DNA of 30,435 nt from Promethearchaeota archaeon (GTDB taxonomy: Archaea; Asgardarchaeota; Lokiarchaeia; Sigyniarchaeales; SOKP01): assembly GCA_016839745.1 (NCBI GenBank), contig JAEOTS010000189.1, positions 1 through 30,435 on the forward strand. The letters run 5' to 3'. Position numbers and translations under genes: made by a program. Below, in pieces: positions 1 to 8,556 of the stretch. How positions within the stretch are numbered: the first letter of the stretch is position 1; each line of letters opens with the position of its first letter. The notes beneath the pieces are model-generated. The model ran no database searches and had not been told where the DNA came from. It worked only from the letters and a program-made list of their open reading frames with translations.

Positions 1-1
1 G

Positions 2-514
2 TGCACAGCAGCAGCTGATAAAAATGATGATGCTAAAATCACTCATAAAATTCTTAGTGGGGTTATCGATAAATTCTTAGAAAGGTATGGAAACCTAATG
101 GAGAGCTGGTCAGGAGATGTTAGGATGTTCAAAGGATTTGAAAATGTTATGGATGTTATGCTAAAGGACGGTCATGTAGCAGAAGTTCCAATCAAAATTC
201 CTATATTGAAGATATTCGAAAAAGATTTTATAAAATCCCAGAAGCAACTTGAGAAGAAGGGTTTGATTCTTTCCGAGGAGGATCTACGGAGCGTTAGGAA
301 CCAGAAACCGGCATGGACTTCGAAGCGCCTTCCCACCCAGGTGATTATCCAAGGCTTTTTAAACAAGGAACAGTATAGAATTGCGCATTTGGCGGATGGT
401 TTTCACACAGTAGCAGAAATAGCCGAGGAAGCGGGCGTGCCAAAGGCGGAGATCGATGTAATGATTGACGATTTAGACGATCTTGGTTTATTGAAATTTA
501 TTGACATAAAGTAG
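2..514 (+). CDS. 5'-truncated longin-like domain protein with C-terminal winged HTH
   Basis: Frame is open from nt 2 (CTAAADKNDDAKITHKILSGVIDKFLERYGNLMESWSGDVRMFKGF), upstream of the ATG at 98. The F..Y...L..W.G....F..F pattern resembles the end of Asgard longin-like domains. C-terminal TVAEIAEEAGVPKAEIDVMIDDLDDLGLL looks like a wHTH. Confidence 0.55.
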   Translation, partial: CTAAADKNDDAKITHKILSGVIDKFLERYGNLMESWSGDVRMFKGFENVMDVMLKDGHVAEVPIKIPILKIFEKDFIKSQKQLEKKGLILSEEDLRSVRNQKPAWTSKRLPTQVIIQGFLNKEQYRIAHLADGFHTVAEIAEEAGVPKAEIDVMIDDLDDLGLLKFIDIK

Positions 515-716
515 CGAGTTTTAGCCTTAACAAACCTTTTTTTATTTATTCATAAAAATCCATCTTACTTAGTGTTTTTAGATGGATGTTTTATATATAT
601 TCATTATTCAAGACTTAATTATAAAAATGTGATTTTTTTTGAAAAAAAATTATTAAAATAGTGTTAAGACCATTAATCATAAGATTTATGAAAATGATAT
701 CACTATTACAGATAGT

Positions 717-2189
717 ATGAATGTGAAAAAAATTGATGACAACATCTATGAGATTCAGCAGAAAGCATTGATGGCTCGTGTAGAGGGGAAAATTGAGAAA
801 TTTCAGATGAAAGTGCCAGTACGTATTTATGCAAACGAATACATCTTGGAAAAGATTAAAAGTGACAGGACTCTTGACCAAATTTGTAATGTTGCTTGTC
901 TTCCAGGCATACAGAAGCATGCTATTGCTCTTTCTGACGCTCATCAAGGTTATGGTTTTTGTATAGGGGGGGTTGCTGGGACAGACGCTGCGACAGGTAT
1001 GATTTCGCCTGGAGGAGTAGGTTATGATATTAATTGCGGTGTAAGATTGTTAAGAACTAATCTTCACCAAAAGGATGTAATGAAATCGATTCCTAATTTA
1101 TTAAACACGATTTTTCACAATATTCCATCAGGTTTAGGAAGTAAGGGAAAATTAAACATAAATTATTCGGATTTAGATGAAGTTTTGGATAATGGTTTAA
1201 ATTGGGCGTTAGATAATGGTTATGCAACTGAAGACGATATAGAACATTGTGAAGAAAACGGTTTTTTGAAAAACGCAGATTCAACATTAATTTCCCAAAA
1301 AGCTAAGCAAAGAGCGATAAAGCAACTTGGCTCATTGGGAAGTGGTAATCATTTTCTTGAAATTCAGAAGGTAGAAACAATTTATAACGAGACTATAGCT
1401 AAACGGCTAGGAATTTTTAATAAAAACCAAATAACCGTCATGGTTCATACTGGCTCGCGAGCTCTTGGCCATCAAGTATGCACTGATTCTTTGCGAAATG
1501 TCGAACAGGCAATGAAAAAATACAATATTAAAGTTCCAGATCGCGAATTAGCTTGTGTACCAGCTGATACACCAGAAGCAGCAAAATATTTGCAAAGTAT
1601 GGCTTGTGCAGCAAATTTTGGTTTTAATAATCGCCAATTAATTACGCATTGGCTGAGAGAATCTTTCCAAAAGCATTTTAAAAGGAGTTTAGACGATCTT
1701 GATTTTAATTTGATTTATGGTGTTTGTCATAATATTTTAAAAATAGAAGAGCATGAAGTAGACGGAAAAAAAATGAAATTAAATGTTCACAGAAAAGGAG
1801 CGACTAGAGCTTTTCCACCAGGGCACCCAGATCTGCCTACTGATTATAAAATTATTGGTCAACCTGCTTTAATTCCTGGTACTATGGGATCGGCTTCCTA
1901 CCTATGCGTTGGAAGGCCAAAAGCGATGGATCTTTCTTTTGGATCTACCGCTCATGGAGCTGGTAGAGTAATGTCAAGGTCTAAAGCTACAAAAAAATAT
2001 TGGGGTTCGAAGATCAAAGAAGATTTAAAAGATAGAGGGATTGTCATAAAAGCCGCTTCTCCTAAAATAATTGCTGAAGAAGCACCAGGGGCATACAAAG
2101 ATATAGATCAAGTAGTACAGGTAAGTCACGATCTTGGAATCGTAGAAAAAGTTGTAAGGTTAGTTCCAATAGGGGTTGTAAAAGGTTAA
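717..2189 (+). CDS. rtcB: tRNA-splicing ligase RtcB
   Basis: Motifs DAHQGYGF, GYDINCG, GSGNHF, HTGSR, HRKGAT, STAHGAGR, EEAPGAYK. Confidence 0.98.
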   Translation: MNVKKIDDNIYEIQQKALMARVEGKIEKFQMKVPVRIYANEYILEKIKSDRTLDQICNVACLPGIQKHAIALSDAHQGYGFCIGGVAGTDAATGMISPGGVGYDINCGVRLLRTNLHQKDVMKSIPNLLNTIFHNIPSGLGSKGKLNINYSDLDEVLDNGLNWALDNGYATEDDIEHCEENGFLKNADSTLISQKAKQRAIKQLGSLGSGNHFLEIQKVETIYNETIAKRLGIFNKNQITVMVHTGSRALGHQVCTDSLRNVEQAMKKYNIKVPDRELACVPADTPEAAKYLQSMACAANFGFNNRQLITHWLRESFQKHFKRSLDDLDFNLIYGVCHNILKIEEHEVDGKKMKLNVHRKGATRAFPPGHPDLPTDYKIIGQPALIPGTMGSASYLCVGRPKAMDLSFGSTAHGAGRVMSRSKATKKYWGSKIKEDLKDRGIVIKAASPKIIAEEAPGAYKDIDQVVQVSHDLGIVEKVVRLVPIGVVKG

Positions 2190-2337
2190 ATTTTATATTT
2201 TTTATTTTATAAAAAATGAAACTTAAATATTTCTAAATGACGTATATAAACTCAACTAAATTAGAAAAAGGAATATTTTATTAATATGAATATAGTAAAA
2301 TTTTGAATGACATCATTATTTAAAAATTATTTTAAAG

Positions 2338-2775
2338 TTAAATATCATATACTATATCTATTATAGTTCTTTTGTGCTTTTCTTCAATATTTAGGAAGGA
2401 ATAAGTTATAGCTTTAACTTCAATCCCTATTTCGTGCTTAGCCAAATCGAATTTTTCACCTTTTAGAGTGGCCTGGAGCTTATAATTATCGTTGATTTTT
2501 TCAATTTTACTTACATATATTTGACCAAAAACAAGCTCATCTACATCAAAAATATACAAAAATTCAGAGAGAAAATCAAATAAGAGGGCTTCTTTATCCT
2601 CAGCCTCAACGGTTATTTTTTTTTCGATTTTAAGTGATATTTTTTTTAAGTCTGGCGTTATAGTCGTCATTAAACTATATGCAGCTTGCGAAAAAGCCTC
2701 TTTTAATGACGATCCCCAACTTCTTACCTGAACATCTGCAGTATGCTCTCTAAACTCAAATCCGGCTTTCTTCAT
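2338..2775 (-). CDS. Archease (RtcB cofactor)
   Basis: EHTADV N-terminus, EVKAITY, C-terminal VYDI; 145 aa; adjacent to rtcB. Confidence 0.95.
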   Translation of the reverse strand: MKKAGFEFREHTADVQVRSWGSSLKEAFSQAAYSLMTTITPDLKKISLKIEKKITVEAEDKEALLFDFLSEFLYIFDVDELVFGQIYVSKIEKINDNYKLQATLKGEKFDLAKHEIGIEVKAITYSFLNIEEKHKRTIIDIVYDI

Positions 2776-2891
2776 ACGAATCGTATTATTTTCAGTAAAG
2801 ATTTACTATAAATAGTCTCGTTTAAAATTAAACCTTTTGTTGTTCAATTTAATTTTCTTAGGAGTTTAAAATAATAGGTCTGAAATCTTTA

Positions 2892-3410
2892 TTGATGTTG
2901 AGTACAACTCATAACTCATTTATTGATGATTTGCTTTTTTATCAGAAATTATCCGTAATAAAGAAATTCTCAAATAAAGAGCTATTGCTCTTTCACTTCT
3001 TCTACGATTCAACTAAAATTTTTCCGAGAAATATTATAATTGTTAAAGATATTGTGTTTTTCTTTCTTGATAATGAAAAGTATTTTGAAGCGAAATCAAA
3101 ATTGCCGTATCTAAGAAAAAAATTTCAAAACAGGAGAATTGTGCTTGTTCGGGAAGAAGGAGTTTTAGTTAATTTAGTTTTTGGTTTTTTTCCAGATCCA
3201 TATATTCACAGAATAAGAATAGAAAGAAATACTAATACTGGACAGATCATAATAATTGTAGGGTTTCTCTCCTATGAAGAACGAGGAATAGCAGTAGGTT
3301 GTAATGGTGATTATATAAAAGCTATCAATAGAATCTTCGAAAACTATGTTAAATTTGCAGATTACCAAGGGTTTCAAATAAAAATTAAGTGTGAAGTTGT
3401 TAATTTATGA
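2892..3410 (+). CDS. Divergent archaeal NusA-like KH-domain protein
   Basis: ERGIAVGCNGDYIK matches the KGxAIGxxGxNI motif of the second KH domain of archaeal NusA; first KH degenerate; start uncertain. Confidence 0.6.
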   Translation: MMLSTTHNSFIDDLLFYQKLSVIKKFSNKELLLFHFFYDSTKIFPRNIIIVKDIVFFFLDNEKYFEAKSKLPYLRKKFQNRRIVLVREEGVLVNLVFGFFPDPYIHRIRIERNTNTGQIIIIVGFLSYEERGIAVGCNGDYIKAINRIFENYVKFADYQGFQIKIKCEVVNL

Positions 3411-3416
3411 AAAATC

Positions 3417-4253
3417 CTACCAAGGAACTTCTTTCAAGTTAACTAGATAAGCAATTGTATTAGCAATAAGACTAACAGATGGAGTTAGAATTAGAAGAAA
3501 AATTATAATATTGACATCAGGGATCAAATAAAATCCCGGAAAAAATATTGCGGGAATTATCGCAAAAATTATAGCACCAACAGCAAAATCTAGCTGATCT
3601 ACAACCCAAAAAGGTGCTCCACTTTTTATGTTAAATCTTCTTTTAAGAAACGATCCTGCTAAATCTCCAAATGCGGCGCCGTATGAACAAAATACGATTC
3701 TAAACACTATCATCAAGATTCCAATCGGTATTGGCCCACCTATAAAATAATATCGATAATAAAAAATCTCAGAGTATAATTCGTATACTCCAATTGAAGC
3801 TCCTTCTATTGGAATCTGTTGTATAGCGGGCCATAATAATAAAAACAATAAAAATAACCCGCAACTTAATGGAATACCTATATATAATGGTCCTTTTACA
3901 AGTCCGGAAATAGTTTTGTGATCTCCTAATATTCTTCGTCCATCTCGCCAAAGTTTCCCCTTATCTAAAGGTTTACCACCACCAACAATAACCATTCCAG
4001 CGTTTGAAAAATACGCGGGAACGATAAAAAGCACGCTAAAAATAAGTGTTGCTAGCCAATCAGCCCATGTAAATACGATAGAGATAACCAGAAAGTTAAA
4101 GAAGAGCAGACTAATGAAGATAATCGTTAAAAATATCGAAAGATTTATGTCTTTTCTGTCAATATCTCCTTTATTATTATGTGGTGGCATAATAGTCCCT
4201 ATTCTCATAAAGATTAGTTTGGTTAATTTTTGATTGAAATTAAATTTTGGCAA
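3417..4253 (-). CDS. carS: CDP-archaeol synthase (CarS/DUF46 family)
   Basis: PAYFSN, GGGKPLD, DGRRILGDHKT, GDLAGSFLKRR, DQLDF, C-terminal LKEVPW; start uncertain. Confidence 0.93.
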   Translation of the reverse strand: MPKFNFNQKLTKLIFMRIGTIMPPHNNKGDIDRKDINLSIFLTIIFISLLFFNFLVISIVFTWADWLATLIFSVLFIVPAYFSNAGMVIVGGGKPLDKGKLWRDGRRILGDHKTISGLVKGPLYIGIPLSCGLFLLFLLLWPAIQQIPIEGASIGVYELYSEIFYYRYYFIGGPIPIGILMIVFRIVFCSYGAAFGDLAGSFLKRRFNIKSGAPFWVVDQLDFAVGAIIFAIIPAIFFPGFYLIPDVNIIIFLLILTPSVSLIANTIAYLVNLKEVPW

Positions 4254-4464
4254 ATATAATTAGTTCTACTAAACCCTTAATAATATTGCTTCCTAAATAA
4301 TTATCTTTTAAAGTTCCGACAATAATATTATAAATTATCGATCTAATCGATGCAAATCTGCTAAAATGAGAATAACATATTAAAGCTTTAACAAGTTATC
4401 ATTAATTTTTCGATTAATAATCAAGTTTAAATAGCGCGGAATTGAAATATTATTCTAGTGATCA

Positions 4465-4480
4465 TTTCGAGTGGAAATAA
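4465..4480 (+). promoter_or_regulatory. Putative mini-ORB (Orc1/Cdc6 binding box)
   Basis: TTTCGAGTGGAAATAA resembles the archaeal ORB core TTCCAGTGGAAA (one mismatch), ~20 nt upstream of the cdc6 start. Confidence 0.5.
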
Positions 4481-4498
4481 TACACATGGTGGGATTAA

Positions 4499-5821
4499 GT
4501 GTTGACGAATCAAAATGATAAAGGCATGTATTCATTTAATATTGATAAATTTTACCAAAACTATTTAACGGGTCCAAAACTTTTTAAAAAAAGGGAAGCA
4601 CTCGAACCATCATTTATTCCTGAAGAATTACCACACCGAAACTATGAGATAGAAAAAATTGCTGGCATAACTGCGTGTGCATTAAAAGGAGATGTACCTC
4701 CTAATTTCTTATGCTACGGGATGACGGGTACAGGGAAAACAGCAACTGTCCGTTACATTTCGCAAAAATTGGCTCAACACTGCACTAATAATCCACCTTG
4801 GTGGGTATATATCAATTGCACAGTAGTGTCGACCCCATACCGAATTTTGGCTCATATTTATAACACAATTGTGGGAAAAGAGAAAATACCTGCAACAGGT
4901 TTGCCGAAAGATATTATCCTAAAAAAATTGCTTGGATTGTTTGACCAATTAGTCAAAAATAGCGTCTGTTTTCTCGTATTAGATGAAATCGATATTTTAA
5001 TAGAGAAGAAAGGAGGAAATGAAATACTTTATAATTTAACGAGACTTAATGAAAACTTAGACGTATGTAGAACAAGTGTTATTGGAATATCAAATAAGTT
5101 GAAATTTATGGAATACCTAGATGCGAGAGTTACCTCTAATTTAGCAGAGGAAGAACCTATAGTTTTTCATCCTTATGACGCAAATCAATTGGCAGATATT
5201 CTCCAACTAAGAGCAGAAATTGCATTTAAGGAGGATGTTATTGATAATGGCGTAGTAAAGTTGTGTGCAGGTTTCGCTGCTAAGGAACACGGAGATGCAA
5301 GAAAAGCTCTTCAATTACTAAGAAAAGCAGGAGAAATTGCCGAAAGAAATCAAAGTAAGAAAATTACGGAAAATCACGTAGAAAAAGCTCAAAAGGATAT
5401 AGATAAGGACCACATTGTTGAATATATCTTTTCAATGCCCCTTCAAACCCAATTAACTTTAACAGCAATTTACTTATTATCTAGATTTACAAAAGAACAC
5501 ATAATCACTTCGGGAGATATTTACGAAGTTCACTCAGAACTTTCAAATAAAATTCCGGGCTTGAAGCAATTAACCCGTCGAAGAATTAGTGATTATATTA
5601 ACGAGTTAACTTTATCAGGATTAATTACTGCAAATACAAGATCAATGGGGCATTACGGGCGCACTAAAATTATAAGACTTGATATAGAACTTGGGCTAGT
5701 AGAACGAGTATTATCTCAAATTAAGAAAATTCAAGACCATAGATTGTTAGATTATAAGCCCATAATTCTCCAAACCGATAAAGTTAAGATAAAGAATATT
5801 GTTTTTAGAAAGTTAATTTAG
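4499..5821 (+). CDS. cdc6: Orc1/Cdc6 replication initiator
   Basis: LPHR, Walker A GMTGTGKT, YINC, Walker B LVLDEID, HGDARKAL, C-terminal wH with GHYGRT. Confidence 0.97.
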   Translation: MLTNQNDKGMYSFNIDKFYQNYLTGPKLFKKREALEPSFIPEELPHRNYEIEKIAGITACALKGDVPPNFLCYGMTGTGKTATVRYISQKLAQHCTNNPPWWVYINCTVVSTPYRILAHIYNTIVGKEKIPATGLPKDIILKKLLGLFDQLVKNSVCFLVLDEIDILIEKKGGNEILYNLTRLNENLDVCRTSVIGISNKLKFMEYLDARVTSNLAEEEPIVFHPYDANQLADILQLRAEIAFKEDVIDNGVVKLCAGFAAKEHGDARKALQLLRKAGEIAERNQSKKITENHVEKAQKDIDKDHIVEYIFSMPLQTQLTLTAIYLLSRFTKEHIITSGDIYEVHSELSNKIPGLKQLTRRRISDYINELTLSGLITANTRSMGHYGRTKIIRLDIELGLVERVLSQIKKIQDHRLLDYKPIILQTDKVKIKNIVFRKLI

Positions 5822-6465
5822 ATGACAAAATCCCATTTATTAACATCTTTAGTAATATTTTCGAGAAATAAAGTTGCTCCTTCTTCATCCTTTTCTTTAA
5901 GTAGTAGAAATAATTTAGCTAAGTGTTTACAGAATTTTTTATTTTGGGCTCTTTTGGTTTGAAAATCGTGACAATCATGTTTTAAGATCTTTTCATTAGT
6001 GGATATTTCAATAATATAAGGAGTTTTTTGAGAACCTTGAACTTCGGCTTTAATAATTTTACTTTGAGGATCGAATGTATTGATACTGATCGCACTATCT
6101 GATACGAGTACGGCTCTATTTATAGTCCCTGTATCTAAAAATGCTTTTAATAAAATATTAAACTTATTCGAGCCATTTATATTAAAATTATCTGTATTTT
6201 GGGCTATACTCGTAGAATTATTGACTTTTTTTAAAATTTCTACTTTTCTTTTTTTATGCCAATTCTTTAATTCAAGAGCTAAATCATCTGATAAGCTAAG
6301 CTTGTTATCGTTATCTTTTATTAAAAAACCGTTGTGAACTGCCTTTTTAATGAATTCTTTTGCATCTTTAGGAGAGAAGAGAAATAATTCGAAAGATATT
6401 TTGTATATTAAGTCATATATATATATATATGGAAGTTCAATAATTTTCCAGATATATAAAGTCAT
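5818..6465 (-). CDS. SWIM-type zinc-finger protein
   Basis: VQGSQKTPYII then HDCHDF...KKFCKHL (SWIM variant); start may lie further upstream. Confidence 0.75.
   Translation of the reverse strand: MTLYIWKIIELPYIYIYDLIYKISFELFLFSPKDAKEFIKKAVHNGFLIKDNDNKLSLSDDLALELKNWHKKRKVEILKKVNNSTSIAQNTDNFNINGSNKFNILLKAFLDTGTINRAVLVSDSAISINTFDPQSKIIKAEVQGSQKTPYIIEISTNEKILKHDCHDFQTKRAQNKKFCKHLAKLFLLLKEKDEEGATLFLENITKDVNKWDFVI
6414..6431. repeat. (AT)8 microsatellite inside the SWIM gene
   Basis: catatatatatatatatg, read directly from the sequence. Confidence 0.8.
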
Positions 6466-6536
6466 CTGTGAAAAGTTGTTTCGTGGGATTGGGAAATTTA
6501 TTTAAATACACCTATTATCTTGTAAGTTAGACAAAA

Positions 6537-8300
6537 TTAATTGATTTTTTTAAAATCTAATTGGAAATAGTTCAATGAATCAAGTTCTATTATTGGTACA
6601 ATACCAGGAGTAGGATTTATCCCAAAACTTCTCATAAAATCGGTTTGAGCTTGAAAACATCCAGAATTAATAAGAGTCACATTCCGATATTTTCCCATTC
6701 CATTAATGTGAATATGACCTGTATGAAAAATATCTGGAATTTTATTTAATACAAGCAGGTCGTTATTAATAGGTGCTAGTTGTGTCTTTTCACCAAAGAC
6801 TGGAGCAAGATGCCTACAAATAAGAAATTCTTTCATAGTTTCAATAGGTTTGTTAATATCTAAATCGTGAATTAATCTATTTATGTCATGCATACTTTCT
6901 CCATGATATATCAGTGTATTAACATTATGCGTTTTTATCAGAGAAGGATTACCTAAACATTTAATCCCTAAATTAATTAAATCTTCACAATATTTTTTTG
7001 GTACAGCGGGTCGAGGTATTGCGTTTCTGACGGGTTCGTGATTGCCCGATACATAAAACACCTTAATATAATCTGGAATTTCTGATAATAATTCTGAAGC
7101 TTTTTCGAACTGTTTAAATATATCTGATATAAGTAAATCTTCTTTTTGGTTTGGGTAAATTCCTATACCATCAATTAAATCACCATTAATGACGAGATAT
7201 TTTATTTTACCTGCGTATTCTTTTAAAATCTTATTACTACTTTTCCCGTTCAAAAATTTTAGAAACTTTTTAAATAATTCTTCTTCAAATTCTTTACTAC
7301 CGATGTGAGTGTCAGAGATTAATGCAATAGACAATGGATCGGGAGAAGTATTTGGCTTAAAGTCGGTGGGGATATCGATTTTTGAAATATAATTAGCAAA
7401 AATTATTCCTTTTCTTCCGTTTTCACCAGGGTTATATAATCCCTTGACAAAAAGCATCTGATCGTTGAAAGTTCTCTCAATAATATTGATATATTCCAAA
7501 TTTTTAGAATTATTTTGAATCAAAACGCTAATTTTTCCAGTTAAATCCTCTAAACTCAACAAAAAATTCCCTTTTTTTGTTTGATGCACCTTTTCAACCA
7601 GACCTACTGTAGAGATCTCAATGCTATTTGATAATCTATAGATGTTATTAATATTCGTTGCTGAACTTGCTTCGGGTCTTTTTCTCATGAGATTTCTAAG
7701 CTTATTGTATTTATCGAGTGTTAGTTCGTAAAAATCTTCATATCCACCGTTAGTATATAATTTCCCAGTAGGGTCACTTATTATCTCAAAATGAAAATCA
7801 TGATCCTTCGCGACAGGTTTAAATGTAAAAACAGACTTCGTCGATTCATGGATTTTAACTTTTTTTTTTATCGATAGTGTTTTTTTTATTAGCGATGAAT
7901 TAGGAACAACTTGGTTCATTTCTTCAGGCATAGAGGTTTCGATAATTTGTTCAACTTTTATTGGATCAACTTCTTGTTTGAAATTTTCTGTAATTGATTC
8001 ATTTAGAGTAACTGTGACTTTACTTTTAGCTCCTTTTTTTAGAGGGAGAGAAAGGGATTTGGATAATGCTCGCTTCAGAGTCTTTTGTAATTCTTCGTTT
8101 GATATTTCATGAACAATGGTTTCCGTTAAATGGCTTTTAAATGAGGGAATAAAACTAGTTTCCTTAATAAGCTTGTTTATGTTTTTCATCGGATTTTCGA
8201 GATTTAGCACGCACTCTAACATTTTGGGACTAATGTTAATACCAGAATTAACTAATTTTTTTAGAATTACATGTTCCTGTTCAGATATTTCGGTCTTCAA
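6537..8300 (-). CDS. polB: DNA polymerase D small (proofreading) subunit DP1
   Basis: OB fold (LEDLTG) and calcineurin-like motifs SDTHIGS, GDLIDG, GNHE, YHG, HLAP, GHIH. Confidence 0.96.
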   Translation of the reverse strand: MKTEISEQEHVILKKLVNSGINISPKMLECVLNLENPMKNINKLIKETSFIPSFKSHLTETIVHEISNEELQKTLKRALSKSLSLPLKKGAKSKVTVTLNESITENFKQEVDPIKVEQIIETSMPEEMNQVVPNSSLIKKTLSIKKKVKIHESTKSVFTFKPVAKDHDFHFEIISDPTGKLYTNGGYEDFYELTLDKYNKLRNLMRKRPEASSATNINNIYRLSNSIEISTVGLVEKVHQTKKGNFLLSLEDLTGKISVLIQNNSKNLEYINIIERTFNDQMLFVKGLYNPGENGRKGIIFANYISKIDIPTDFKPNTSPDPLSIALISDTHIGSKEFEEELFKKFLKFLNGKSSNKILKEYAGKIKYLVINGDLIDGIGIYPNQKEDLLISDIFKQFEKASELLSEIPDYIKVFYVSGNHEPVRNAIPRPAVPKKYCEDLINLGIKCLGNPSLIKTHNVNTLIYHGESMHDINRLIHDLDINKPIETMKEFLICRHLAPVFGEKTQLAPINNDLLVLNKIPDIFHTGHIHINGMGKYRNVTLINSGCFQAQTDFMRSFGINPTPGIVPIIELDSLNYFQLDFKKIN

Positions 8301-8556
8301 ATCACTTTTATCCAGAATAGAATTAATTTATTTATAAAATGATATAGTTAAATTGTTTGTTATTAAAGAACAAACAAATTTTTTTAAGTATTAGGAGTGT
8401 GTATCAATTCTCATACTTTCATTATAAACTGTAAATCTCCTCAAATTCTTATAATAATATTCAACTAACCTATTAATAACATATTTTATTTTAAAAGCCT
8501 GAATTAAAAACTATATATTTAGTTTTCTACGTTAAGAGTAGTATTGTAATTCTAGA

